This document shows, piece after piece, positions 1-7,766 of a stretch of DNA of 38,660 nt. The notes under the pieces are model-generated. The model was not told the DNA's origin and searched no databases. It saw only the letters and a program-made list of their open reading frames with translations. Numbering within the stretch: the stretch's first letter is position 1; each line of letters opens with the position of its first letter. The stretch comes from Candidatus Aenigmatarchaeota archaeon (GTDB lineage: Archaea > Aenigmatarchaeota > Aenigmatarchaeia > QMZP01 > QMZT01), in assembly GCA_021162425.1 (NCBI GenBank), contig JAGGYQ010000046.1:1-38660 (forward strand). The letters run 5' to 3'. A program made the position numbers and the translations under genes.

Positions 1-126
1 AATATCCTTCGGGTCAGTCATACCCTTCGGAAGTTTTACAAGGACGGGCGAGCCCTGGGCTATCTGTAAAGCCCTTGCTGATATAATTCTTGCCCTCTCA
101 TACCTTGTGCGTTCCTCCATTGTCAT
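1..126 (-). CDS. rpoK: DNA-directed RNA polymerase subunit K (Rpb6/omega homologue), N-terminal part; the gene runs off the window start
   Basis: Not in the ORF track because no stop lies in the window. Reverse-strand translation from the ATG at 126 gives [42 protein letters not shown]. This matches the conserved ERAR(I/L)IxARALQ(I/L)xxGxP core of archaeal RpoK. Confidence 0.75.
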   Translation of the reverse strand, partial: MTMEERTRYERARIISARALQIAQGSPVLVKLPKGMTDPKDI

Positions 127-145
127 CGCCCATTGTCCCTTCGAA

Positions 146-610
146 TCATTCGATATGGATCTTGTTCGCTTTTTCTTTCTTTTCCGCCTTGGGTATGCTT
201 ACCTCAAGTATACCATTTCTGTATGTTGCCTTTGCTTGATTGGGAATTACTTTGACAGGTAAATTCAAAGACCTGTAGAAACCTTTGTATGACCGCTCTA
301 CTCTGAAAAAGCCTTCTTTTTTCTCCAGAATTTTGTCTTTTCTTTCTACCTTAACTGTTATTGAATCTTCGCTTACATTTAAATCTATATCCTCCTTATT
401 TACGCCCGGTATTTCAAACCGAACAAGGAGATAGTCTCCTTTGTCTTCGATGTCAGTCAATGGTGTTTTAAAATCCACGAACGTTTTTGTCGGCTCGAAC
501 TCAAATGATTTTGTAAGGTCTGCGAAGTTGTTGAAAATTCTGTTCATCTCCTTTTGGAGTCGTCTGACCTCATCGAAAGGGTCATGCCAAACCATATCAT
601 CACCTGCCAA
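146..610 (-). CDS. hsp20: Small heat-shock protein, Hsp20/alpha-crystallin family
   Basis: 154-aa ORF with an alpha-crystallin domain ([12 protein letters not shown]...ITVKVERK...GILEVSIPK). The track start at 610 is TTG. An in-frame ATG at 595 (MVWHDPFDE) preceded by GGTGAT is an equally likely true start. Confidence 0.9.
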   Translation of the reverse strand: MAGDDMVWHDPFDEVRRLQKEMNRIFNNFADLTKSFEFEPTKTFVDFKTPLTDIEDKGDYLLVRFEIPGVNKEDIDLNVSEDSITVKVERKDKILEKKEGFFRVERSYKGFYRSLNLPVKVIPNQAKATYRNGILEVSIPKAEKKEKANKIHIE

Positions 611-709
611 ACTTTAAATATTTTTTTTGAAACATTAAAACTGTTATTAAATATCTCAAATATTTATATGAAAAGTTAAATTTTTAAATTTTACTCCAAT
701 AATATATGC
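611..709. promoter_or_regulatory. Divergent AT-rich promoter region between hsp20 (-) and the wHTH regulator (+)
   Basis: TATA-like boxes at 613-620 (tttaaata), 661-669 (tatttatat) and 682-689 (ttttaaat). The last lies about 22-28 nt upstream of the ATG at 710, which suggests a leaderless transcript. AACA-N7-TGTT dyad at 631-645. The octamer tgaaacat (628-635) recurs inverted at 1143-1150, upstream of the thermosome gene. Confidence 0.4.
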
Positions 710-1123
710 ATGGAATTGACAATAAGGTCACTGAAACCGCCGACGAGGGCCAATCTCGATGAAGACCTCGAGTGGTTTTGCAAATCACTGGGTCTGGTCA
801 ACAGGCGCGACAAACATAAAACATGCTTCAAAGTCTTCAGGCTGATAATAGACTATTCCAAAAAAGGTGAAGAAATTTCAGCCAATGAAATAGCGAGACA
901 AATAGGAATAACAAGAACTGCAGTAATTCATCATCTAAGGACGCTTAAAGATGCAGGGATAGTGATAAACGAGGGGACTACCTACGAGTTAAGAATGAGG
1001 AGTTTGCAGAAAATAGTTGATGAGATCAAGATGGACCTTGAAAGGACATTAGCACATGTGAGGGAAATCGCAGAGGATATAGACAAAATGCTTGAAATGC
1101 CCGTGAGACCCAAGGTGAAATAA
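710..1123 (+). CDS. Winged-helix (ArsR/TrmB-like) transcriptional regulator, candidate heat-shock regulator
   Basis: 137-aa ORF with an HTH segment ISANEIARQIGITRTAVIHHLRTLKDAGIV and a C-terminal helical tail. It sits between hsp20 and the thermosome gene, as the archaeal heat-shock regulators (Phr/HSR1 type) sit beside chaperone genes. Confidence 0.65.
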   Translation: MELTIRSLKPPTRANLDEDLEWFCKSLGLVNRRDKHKTCFKVFRLIIDYSKKGEEISANEIARQIGITRTAVIHHLRTLKDAGIVINEGTTYELRMRSLQKIVDEIKMDLERTLAHVREIAEDIDKMLEMPVRPKVK

Positions 1124-1177
1124 AAATCTTTATATATCTCTGATGTTTCATTTAAAAGATTAAAGGAGGTGTTTGAC

Positions 1178-2833
1178 ATGGCAAACGGGATTGCACAACT
1201 TGGTGGACAGCCAATATTGATACTTTCAGAAGGCACAACAAGAAGCAAGGGCAAAGAAGCTCAGAAAAACAACATAGCAGCGGCGAAGGCAGTTGCTGAC
1301 GCTGTGAGGACAACATTGGGCCCAAAAGGCATGGATAAAATGCTTGTCGATTCGCTGGGAGATGTTGTCATTACAAATGATGGGGCAACAATCCTTGATG
1401 AGATGCAGATAGAGCACCCTGCAGCGAAAATGATGACAGAGGTTGCAAAGACACAAGATAAGGAGGTAGGCGACGGGACGACTACAGCGGTTATCCTTGC
1501 AGGAGAGCTTTTGAGAAATGCAGAGAACCTGTTAGAAAAAGAAATTCATCCCACGGTAATTACAAAAGGTTTCAGGGCAGCAAAGCAGAAGGCCCTTGAA
1601 ATTCTTGAGAAGATGGCCCATGAAGTTAAAATAGATGATGATAAACTGCTTCTTCAGATAGCTGAGACCGCAATAACAGGGAAATCAGCAGAGAAGGCAT
1701 CAAAAGAGCTTGCACAGACAGCAGTAAAGGCTGTTAAAAAAGTAGCGGAAATCAAAGACGGGAAGCTTGTTGTTGACACAGAAAATATAAAGATAGAGAA
1801 GAAGCAGGGAGGCTCAATGAACGATACAAAGATGATAGAAGGCGTTTTGATAGACAAAGAGGTTGTCCATTCTGCTATGCCAAGAAGAATCGAAAAAGCC
1901 AAGATAGCGTTAATAGACTCTGAATTCGAAGTAAAGAAGACAGAGACAGATGCTAAAATCGATATAGATTCGCCAGATAAGCTTCAGGCGTTCTTGGAAG
2001 CAGAAGAGAAGATGTTAAGGGATATGGTTCAGAAAGTTATAGATGCAGGAGCCAATGTTTTGTTCTGCCAGAAAGGAATAGATGATGTGGCACAGCATTA
2101 CCTAGCAAAGGCAGGTATACTCGCGGCAAGAAGAGTCAAGCAATCTGACATGAAAGCTTTGGCTAGAGCAACAGGAGCGAAGATTGTCAGCAATATAAAT
2201 GAGCTGACAAAAGATGATTTGGGATACGCAGGACTTGTTGAGGAAAGAAAAGTCGCCGGAGACGAAATGATATTTGTCGAGAAGTGCAGAGATCCCAAAG
2301 CTGTAACAATCCTCATAAGAGGTGGGACAGAGCATGTAATAGATGAGGTCGAGAGAGCAATGGAAGATGCAATAAAAGGTGTCGCTGCTGCTTTGGAGCT
2401 GGGTAAGATAGTCCCAGGTGGCGGGGCACCCGAAATGGAGGTTGCAATGGCTGTCAGGAAATACGCCGATAAATTCAAGGGAAGGGAACAGCTTGCAATA
2501 CTCGCATTTGCAGATGCAATGGAGGTTGTACCAAGAAGCCTCGCAGAGAACGCAGGGCATGACCCGATAGACAAACTTGCAAATCTCAGGTCAGAGCACG
2601 ACAAAGGGGCGAAATCAGTAGGTCTTGATGTGTTCTCGGGTGATGTGAAGGACATGATAAGACAGGGTGTTGTGGAACCACTAAAAATAAAACTTCAGGC
2701 AATAAAATCAGCAGCAGAAGCAGCAGAGATGATTTTGAGAATAGACGATGTGATAGCAGCCAGCAAATCAAGCAGCTCGGGAGGACCATCTTCTTCGCCT
2801 CCGGGAATGGGAGGCGGTATGGGAGAATATTAA
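1178..2833 (+). CDS. ths: Thermosome subunit (group II chaperonin, Cpn60/TCP-1 family)
   Basis: Motifs [28 protein letters not shown] and VPGGGAPE, plus a [10 protein letters not shown]-type tail. The track start at 1169 is GTG. The ATG at 1178 lies 7 nt after GGAGGT (1165-1170) and is the likely start. Confidence 0.97.
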   Translation: MANGIAQLGGQPILILSEGTTRSKGKEAQKNNIAAAKAVADAVRTTLGPKGMDKMLVDSLGDVVITNDGATILDEMQIEHPAAKMMTEVAKTQDKEVGDGTTTAVILAGELLRNAENLLEKEIHPTVITKGFRAAKQKALEILEKMAHEVKIDDDKLLLQIAETAITGKSAEKASKELAQTAVKAVKKVAEIKDGKLVVDTENIKIEKKQGGSMNDTKMIEGVLIDKEVVHSAMPRRIEKAKIALIDSEFEVKKTETDAKIDIDSPDKLQAFLEAEEKMLRDMVQKVIDAGANVLFCQKGIDDVAQHYLAKAGILAARRVKQSDMKALARATGAKIVSNINELTKDDLGYAGLVEERKVAGDEMIFVEKCRDPKAVTILIRGGTEHVIDEVERAMEDAIKGVAAALELGKIVPGGGAPEMEVAMAVRKYADKFKGREQLAILAFADAMEVVPRSLAENAGHDPIDKLANLRSEHDKGAKSVGLDVFSGDVKDMIRQGVVEPLKIKLQAIKSAAEAAEMILRIDDVIAASKSSSSGGPSSSPPGMGGGMGEY

Positions 2834-2840
2834 ACCTCCT

Positions 2841-2862
2841 TTCCTTTTATTTTTGCGGTTTT
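2841..2862 (+). terminator. Oligo-T tract downstream of the thermosome gene (archaeal-type terminator candidate)
   Basis: ttccTTTTaTTTTTgcggtttt begins 8 nt after the TAA stop. Archaeal RNA polymerase terminates at T-runs. Confidence 0.4.
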
Positions 2863-2921
2863 ACTTGAGTTTGAATCTGCTTATTTTTCTGCTGAAGCAT
2901 GGGTAAACTTTTTAAATCTTT

Positions 2922-2960
2922 ATGAATATATATTCATATCAGAAATGAATTAATATTCAA
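2922..2960. promoter_or_regulatory. Twin palindromic operator candidate, ATGAAT-N4-ATTCA(T/A), two copies 23 bp apart
   Basis: Site 1 is 2922-2937 (atgaat atat attcat), inside a perfect 18-bp palindrome at 2921-2938. Site 2 is 2945-2960 (atgaat taat attcaa). Both lie just downstream of a TATA-like tttttaaat (2909-2917) and just upstream of the DUF5320 start at 2980. Confidence 0.5.
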
Positions 2961-2979
2961 AACTATGGAGGTGATAAAA

Positions 2980-3327
2980 ATGCCATGGGGAGATGGAACA
3001 GGTCCATGGGGTCTTGGACCAATGACAGGCAGAGCAGCAGGTTACTGTGCAGGCTACAATGTCCCAGGATATGCAAACCCTGTACCAAGAGGCTTTGGCA
3101 GAGGTTTTGGTCGTGGATTCGGAAGGGGCTTTGCCAGAAGAGGATTTTTCGGAAGGGCATGGATTCCCATTCCAGCAAGATGGAATATCCCTTACGCAGT
3201 AGAACCAGCACAAACATTTGAATACCCGAAAGATGCAGAAATAGCAGAGCTTAAGGCGGAAAGAGAAGCTTTGCAAAGAGAACTCAAGGCTATAGAGGAT
3301 AGACTCCGCGAACTCGAAAAGAAATAA
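2980..3327 (+). CDS. DUF5320 family protein (GDGTGP...GRGxGYCAG N-terminus, GRGF repeats, C-terminal coiled coil)
   Basis: MPWGDGTGPWGLGPMTGRAAGYCAGY is the signature N-terminus of DUF5320. It is followed by (GRGF)x4 and a heptad-like AELKAEREALQRELKAIEDRLRELEKK. The ATG at 2980 follows GGAGGTGA (2967-2974); the track start at 2965 is probably too long. Confidence 0.8.
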   Translation: MPWGDGTGPWGLGPMTGRAAGYCAGYNVPGYANPVPRGFGRGFGRGFGRGFARRGFFGRAWIPIPARWNIPYAVEPAQTFEYPKDAEIAELKAEREALQRELKAIEDRLRELEKK

Positions 3328-3351
3328 ATTCAAGCAAATCAATGATTTATC

Positions 3352-3684
3352 ATGCCAAGACCAAGGATACCCCGGAGGGTATGGTTTCAACCAGGATTCA
3401 CTTATTTCAAACCGGTAGGTGTCCCGCTAGCGAATATACTTGAAGTGATCATAACGGTGGATGAGATGGAAGCTATAAGGTTGAAGGATTACGAAGGATT
3501 GGATCAGGTGAAGGCAGCTAAACGCATGGGCATTTCGCAGCCAACATTTCAGAGAATTTACGAATCCGCGCGCAGGAAAATAGCGGATGCCCTTGTGAAC
3601 GGAAAGGCCATAAGAATAGAAGGCGGTCATTACACATTCGTGGGCAGAGGCTTCGGTAGAGGTAGATTTGGAAGGAGATTCTGA
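3352..3684 (+). CDS. DUF134/UPF0251 family predicted DNA-binding protein
   Basis: [26 protein letters not shown]...[57 protein letters not shown] matches the DUF134 pattern, a sigma-70 region-4-like HTH. The C-terminal tail is [13 protein letters not shown]. Confidence 0.85.
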   Translation: MPRPRIPRRVWFQPGFTYFKPVGVPLANILEVIITVDEMEAIRLKDYEGLDQVKAAKRMGISQPTFQRIYESARRKIADALVNGKAIRIEGGHYTFVGRGFGRGRFGRRF

Positions 3685-3688
3685 TACA

Positions 3689-4108
3689 ATGAAATACAGA
3701 GAAACATTTGTCAAAACAGCCAGAAGTTTCGGTGAGTTCATACCTTTATTAATAGGTGTTTTGCTTCTCGTTTCTCTTTTAATTTCGGCTATGAGGATGA
3801 AGTTGTTCGAGTTAAACATTTTCACAGGGAATGTCTTCATAGATTCATTCATAGGAGCTGTTTTCGGTAGCTTTGCAACAGGCAATCCCATAACGAGTTA
3901 CATAATAGGTGGAGAATTTCTCAGAAATGGCATACCACTTGTTGTGGTCACATCATTCCTTGTTGCATGGGTCACAGTGGGTATGGTTCAACTACCGGCT
4001 GAAAGCATAATGCTGGGAAGACGTTTTGCAATAACGAGAAATCTCGTGAGCTTCCTGCTATCAATAGCTGTTGCTGTAGCCGTGGTTTTGACGTTGGGTT
4101 TGGTATGA
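3689..4108 (+). CDS. Integral membrane protein, first half of a two-gene permease
   Basis: Four predicted TM helices. The ATG at 3689 follows GGAAGGAG; the track start at 3668 is TTG inside the DUF134 gene. The stop overlaps the next start (ATGATG at 4105-4110). Confidence 0.7.
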   Translation: MKYRETFVKTARSFGEFIPLLIGVLLLVSLLISAMRMKLFELNIFTGNVFIDSFIGAVFGSFATGNPITSYIIGGEFLRNGIPLVVVTSFLVAWVTVGMVQLPAESIMLGRRFAITRNLVSFLLSIAVAVAVVLTLGLV

Positions 4109-4620
4109 TGAATGGAAAGAGGAAATCTTCAAGGAAACTGGAATGGGTGTTCATGCTAGTTGTTATTATTCTCTACATACCGTTATACTTTTTGAACAGC
4201 GGATTTATTGAAAATTCCCTAAAAATATTCGTCAACACATTCATCAAAGTGATACCTGTGATAATCGTTGTATTTGCCGTCATGTATATTGTGAATCTTT
4301 TTGCAGATAAGAAAAAAATCATGAAATACGTTGGTGAATCATCGGGTCTCAAAGGATGGATATTTTCAATAATAAGTGGTATCCTGTCAACAGGACCTGT
4401 ATACATGTGGTATCCACTTCTCAGGAATTTGAAGGAAAAGGGAATGAAAGATTCACTTATAGCAACATTTCTCTACAACAGAGCGGTCAAAATACCTCTG
4501 ATACCTATCATGATCTACTATTTCGGTTTTTTATTTACCGTGTTGCTTATGTTTTATATGATAATATTTTCTGTTATCAATGGTTTGATAGTAGGGTTAT
4601 TGAATAAAGGAGGTAGGTAA
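4105..4620 (+). CDS. Integral membrane protein, second half of a two-gene permease
   Basis: 171 aa with 4-5 hydrophobic helices. It is start/stop-coupled to the preceding membrane gene, and the next gene follows after a 1-nt gap. Confidence 0.7.
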   Translation: MMNGKRKSSRKLEWVFMLVVIILYIPLYFLNSGFIENSLKIFVNTFIKVIPVIIVVFAVMYIVNLFADKKKIMKYVGESSGLKGWIFSIISGILSTGPVYMWYPLLRNLKEKGMKDSLIATFLYNRAVKIPLIPIMIYYFGFLFTVLLMFYMIIFSVINGLIVGLLNKGGR

Positions 4621-4621
4621 T

Positions 4622-5047
4622 ATGAGAATAGCTGTTAGCTCGACAGGACCTGATCTGGACAGTCAGGCAAGCCCTGTATTCGGCAGGTGTCCATACTTTG
4701 TGATAGTGGACGTTGAAGGAAATGAGATAAAAGGAGCGAATGGGTTCCCGAATCAGGCAATGAACATGCCTGGAGGCGCAGGCATAGCATCAGCAGAATT
4801 TGTAGCCAACCAGGGTGTTCAGGTTGTTATCTCTGGTTCTGTGGGACCCAGATCTTTCGATGTCCTTTCTCACGCAGGCATAAAAATGTATCAAAGCATC
4901 CCAAAAACTGTGAGAGACAATGTGATGGCATTCATCGAAGGTAAACTCAAGCCTATAACAACACCTGCTGGAATGGGTGCGGGAATGGGACCTGGCAGAG
5001 GACTCGGCGGTGGTTTCGGCAGAGGAAGAGGCGGAGGAGGATGGTAA
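4622..5047 (+). CDS. NifX/NifB-C-terminal-like (dinitrogenase FeMo-cofactor-binding fold) protein with a Gly/Arg-rich tail
   Basis: MRIAVSS....VFGRCPYFVIVDVEG..I......NQAMNMPGGAGIASAEFVANQGVQVVISGSVGPRSFDVLSHAGIKMY fits the NifX-like domain pattern. The tail is GMGAGMGPGRGLGGGFGRGRGGGGW. Confidence 0.8.
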   Translation: MRIAVSSTGPDLDSQASPVFGRCPYFVIVDVEGNEIKGANGFPNQAMNMPGGAGIASAEFVANQGVQVVISGSVGPRSFDVLSHAGIKMYQSIPKTVRDNVMAFIEGKLKPITTPAGMGAGMGPGRGLGGGFGRGRGGGGW

Positions 5048-5071
5048 ATCCATCCTTTTCTGGTGTTAAGA

Positions 5072-5701
5072 ATGGAGAACGATATGGAAAACATAAAGAG
5101 TGAAGTGCTGAACTGTAGGAAGTGTGAACTATGGAAAACCAGGAAGAATCCAGTAGTCGGCGAAGGTTCATTGAAGGCTAGAATAATGTTTATTGGTGAG
5201 GCACCGGGTTTCAACGAAGACCTTCAGGGAAGACCTTTTGTCGGCAAAGCAGGAAAGGTTTTAAATGAGCTGATTGAAAGTATAGGATTGAGAAGGGAGG
5301 ACGTTTACATAACAAATGTTGTGAAATGCCGTCCACCTGAAAACAGAGACCCAACGCCAGAAGAAATAGAAAAATGTTCGCCATACATTAACAGACAAAT
5401 CAAGATTATAAGACCTGAGATAATCTGCACACTCGGGAAGCACTCAACGTCATATATCTTCAAAAAATTCGGTTTACCACACGACAATATAAGCAGAATC
5501 CACGGAAAAATCTACAGGGTAAAAAATCTATTCTATGATTTGCTCGTAATACCGCTTTATCATCCTGCGGTCGCTGTTTACAATGCTGACATGAAATCAG
5601 AACTTGTAGAGGATTTCAAAATTGTAAAGGAGGAATACATGAGATTGGGTGGTCTGGATGAAAATAGCAATACCAACAGACGGGAAAAATGGATTAGATG
5701 A
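5072..5701 (+). CDS. udg: Uracil-DNA glycosylase, family 4 ([4Fe-4S] type)
   Basis: CRKCEL...VVGEG...IMFIGEAPGFNEDLQGRPFVGKAGKVLNE...VVKCRPPENRDP...EKCSPY...LYHPA. These are the family-4 motifs, including the four cluster cysteines. Alternative starts are GTG 5063 and ATG 5084. Confidence 0.9.
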   Translation: MENDMENIKSEVLNCRKCELWKTRKNPVVGEGSLKARIMFIGEAPGFNEDLQGRPFVGKAGKVLNELIESIGLRREDVYITNVVKCRPPENRDPTPEEIEKCSPYINRQIKIIRPEIICTLGKHSTSYIFKKFGLPHDNISRIHGKIYRVKNLFYDLLVIPLYHPAVAVYNADMKSELVEDFKIVKEEYMRLGGLDENSNTNRREKWIR

Positions 5702-6017
5702 AAGAGTTGCATATCACTTCGGTAGATGCGCAACATATACGATACTAGATGAAGAAGGGAATGTCGTTGAAATCATAGATAACACAAGTGAACATTTTGG
5801 CGGCCGTGGAATGCCGGCAGAGTTATTGAAAGAGCGTAATGTTGATGTTTTGTTGTGTAGGGGTATAGGACCAAGAGCTATAGAACTTGCAAATAATCTG
5901 GGAATGGACGTTTACGTTGGAGAGGCTGAAAGTGTAAAGGATATGTTCAAATTATGGAAGTCCGGTAAGCTCAAAAAGGCGACACTGGACGACACGTGTG
6001 GAGATCATAAGGTGTGA
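5658..6017 (+). CDS. NifX/NifB-C-terminal-like cluster-binding protein (second copy)
   Basis: MKIAIPTDGKNGLDERVAYHFGRCATYTILDEEG.VVEIIDN...H.GG.GMPAELLKERNVDVLLCRGIGPRAIELANNLGMDVY. It overlaps the UDG 3' end by 44 nt in another frame. Confidence 0.8.
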   Translation: MKIAIPTDGKNGLDERVAYHFGRCATYTILDEEGNVVEIIDNTSEHFGGRGMPAELLKERNVDVLLCRGIGPRAIELANNLGMDVYVGEAESVKDMFKLWKSGKLKKATLDDTCGDHKV

Positions 6018-6019
6018 CC

Positions 6020-6472
6020 ATGAGACAGAATTTCTGCGAGATTCCAATCGAAAACGCAACGGATGAAGAGGTGAAGGAAATATTGACAAAATATAATGTA
6101 ATTGCAGTTGTCGGTATGTCGAGAAACCCGGAAAAAGATGCGCATAAAGTTCCCAAGTATTTAATGGAGCATGGTTACAAAATAATTCCAGTGAACCCAT
6201 TTGCAGAAGAAATTCTTGGATTAAAGGCATACAAGGACCTAAAAAATATCAAAGAACCCGTGGACATAGTCGATATATTCAGACCACCCGAAGAGGTAAT
6301 GGATATTGTCAAAAAAGCTGTTAAGATAAAGGCAAAGGTTGTGTGGATGCAGAAAGGTATAGTTAAAAATGCTGCGGCTGATTACGCAAGGGAGCATGGT
6401 TTAAAGGTGGTCATGGACAAATGCATGATGGTTGAACATATGAAATTGGTTAAAGAAGGTGTTCTGAAGTGA
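6020..6472 (+). CDS. CoA-binding domain protein (YccU/YneT-like)
   Basis: VIAVVGMSRNPEKDAHKVPKYLMEHGYKIIPVNP...VDIVDIFRPPEEV...KAKVVWMQ.G is the typical small CoA-binding (Rossmann) protein pattern. An alternative GTG start at 6014 overlaps the previous stop. Confidence 0.8.
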   Translation: MRQNFCEIPIENATDEEVKEILTKYNVIAVVGMSRNPEKDAHKVPKYLMEHGYKIIPVNPFAEEILGLKAYKDLKNIKEPVDIVDIFRPPEEVMDIVKKAVKIKAKVVWMQKGIVKNAAADYAREHGLKVVMDKCMMVEHMKLVKEGVLK

Positions 6473-7311
6473 GAATAGCGATAACAGGCGGGAAAGGGGG
6501 AACAGGAAAATCAACTGTTGCAACTGCGTTGGCGAGAGGACTTGCGAAGAAATACAATATCCTTCTCCTAGATGCAGATGCAGATTGTCCGAATGACCAT
6601 ATAATACTAAACGCGGAAAGAAAAAAAGTTAAAGATGTTTTTCAATTCAAACCTATTTTTGATTTCGATAAATGTATAAAGTGTGGTTTGTGTGCAAAAG
6701 TCTGCAAAGAGAAAGCGATAGTTTTTGTGAAAGGAAAGCATCCCATGTTTATAGAAGACCAATGCATTGGATGCAAAGCGTGCATGATTGTGTGTCCGAC
6801 AAAAGCTATATCTGAGGGTGAAAAGAAAATAGGTACGATTTATGAGGGTGAAAATTACGGTGTAAAGCTTGTAACAGGTGAGATGGAGATAGGAATAGAG
6901 GAAGCTTCGCCAACTATTAATGCATTGAAAAAATACGTGGAGAAAGATAAGAACAAATACGATTTTGTCATCGTCGATACGGCGGCAGGGACACACTGTA
7001 GCGTTATATCCGCTTTAATGGGTTGTGATTTAGCTCTGGCTGTTACCGAGCCAACACCACTCGGAAGACATGACGCTGAACTTATATTAAGATTAACCAA
7101 AATACTTGATATACCAACAAAAATCATTCTCAACAAAGCAGATATCGGTGATTATGGACTAATAAAAGACTTGGCAAAGAAATATGAAACCGAAATAATA
7201 GCCAAAATACCTTATAGAAGAGAAATAGCAGAAGCTTACTCGAGAGGTGAACCGATAGAAGATGAAGAAATAAATAAGATAGCTAAATGGTTAATAACAT
7301 GGGGGAAATAA
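6469..7311 (+). CDS. MinD/ParA-superfamily P-loop ATPase with an inserted 2x[4Fe-4S] ferredoxin domain
   Basis: Deviant Walker A GGKGGTGKST. Two cluster motifs: CIKCGLCAKVC and CIGCKACMIVCP. Walker B FVIVDTAAG. The GTG start overlaps the previous TGA. Confidence 0.9.
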   Translation: MRIAITGGKGGTGKSTVATALARGLAKKYNILLLDADADCPNDHIILNAERKKVKDVFQFKPIFDFDKCIKCGLCAKVCKEKAIVFVKGKHPMFIEDQCIGCKACMIVCPTKAISEGEKKIGTIYEGENYGVKLVTGEMEIGIEEASPTINALKKYVEKDKNKYDFVIVDTAAGTHCSVISALMGCDLALAVTEPTPLGRHDAELILRLTKILDIPTKIILNKADIGDYGLIKDLAKKYETEIIAKIPYRREIAEAYSRGEPIEDEEINKIAKWLITWGK

Positions 7312-7766
7312 ACTTCAAGCCAATAGGTTATGTGAAGTCAAGATTCAAAGACCCTGAAGACCTAACGTTCGCATGTGAGAAGGGTTTACTCACGAAGACT
7401 GAAAGCGAAATAGTGATAAATAAAGAATATGCAGAAGGAATGGCAGGTCTTTCTAGTTTTTCGCATATATGGATAATATATCACATAAACGAAGCGAACA
7501 GAACAGAAATGAAAACATATCCAGGACCAACAACTATAAAAGGTTTGCCTGTTGTTGGTGTGTTCGCTTCCAGAAGTCAATATAGACCAAATAAAATAGG
7601 GTTGAGACTGGTTAAATTAGCCGAACTCAAAGGAAATGCTTTGAAAGTCATCGGCCTGGATGCGATAGATAAGACACCTGTTCTGGATGTAAAGCCTTTC
7701 ATACCTCATTTTGATAAACCGAAAAAGGCGAAGGTCGCAGAATGGTATAAAGGATGGTATGTATGA
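7287..7766 (+). CDS. TrmO/TsaA (YaeB, UPF0066) family SAM-dependent methyltransferase-like protein
   Basis: FKPIGYVKSRF....D............I.I..EY.EGM.GL..FSHIWIIYH......TYPG......GVFASRSQYRPN.IGL..V.L......L.V.GLDAID.TPVLDVKPF is the family pattern. It overlaps both flanking ATPase genes. An alternative ATG lies at 7299. Confidence 0.8.
   Translation: MVNNMGEINFKPIGYVKSRFKDPEDLTFACEKGLLTKTESEIVINKEYAEGMAGLSSFSHIWIIYHINEANRTEMKTYPGPTTIKGLPVVGVFASRSQYRPNKIGLRLVKLAELKGNALKVIGLDAIDKTPVLDVKPFIPHFDKPKKAKVAEWYKGWYV

Noticed and set aside
982-2789. Minus-strand ORFs overlapping the regulator and thermosome genes (982-1254, 1226-1456, 1654-1902, 2098-2655, 2102-2560, 2586-2789).
   Set aside because: All lie antisense to a very well supported chaperonin or regulator CDS. 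Their composition is low-complexity, Ser/Cys/Leu-rich, and they carry no motifs. They are typical shadow ORFs.
3336-3348. 13-nt palindrome aaatcaAtgattt between the DUF5320 and DUF134 genes.
   Set aside because: It is short and AT-rich, with 6-bp arms and a 1-nt centre that cannot form a stable hairpin. It is plausibly chance, and there is no second copy.
2950-3390. The 146-aa and 84-aa minus-strand ORFs and the 78-aa plus-strand ORF (2985-3221) overlapping the DUF5320 gene.
   Set aside because: The DUF5320 frame carries a family-specific N-terminus and a coiled coil. The alternatives are Cys/Ser/Trp-rich shadows of the GRGF repeat region.
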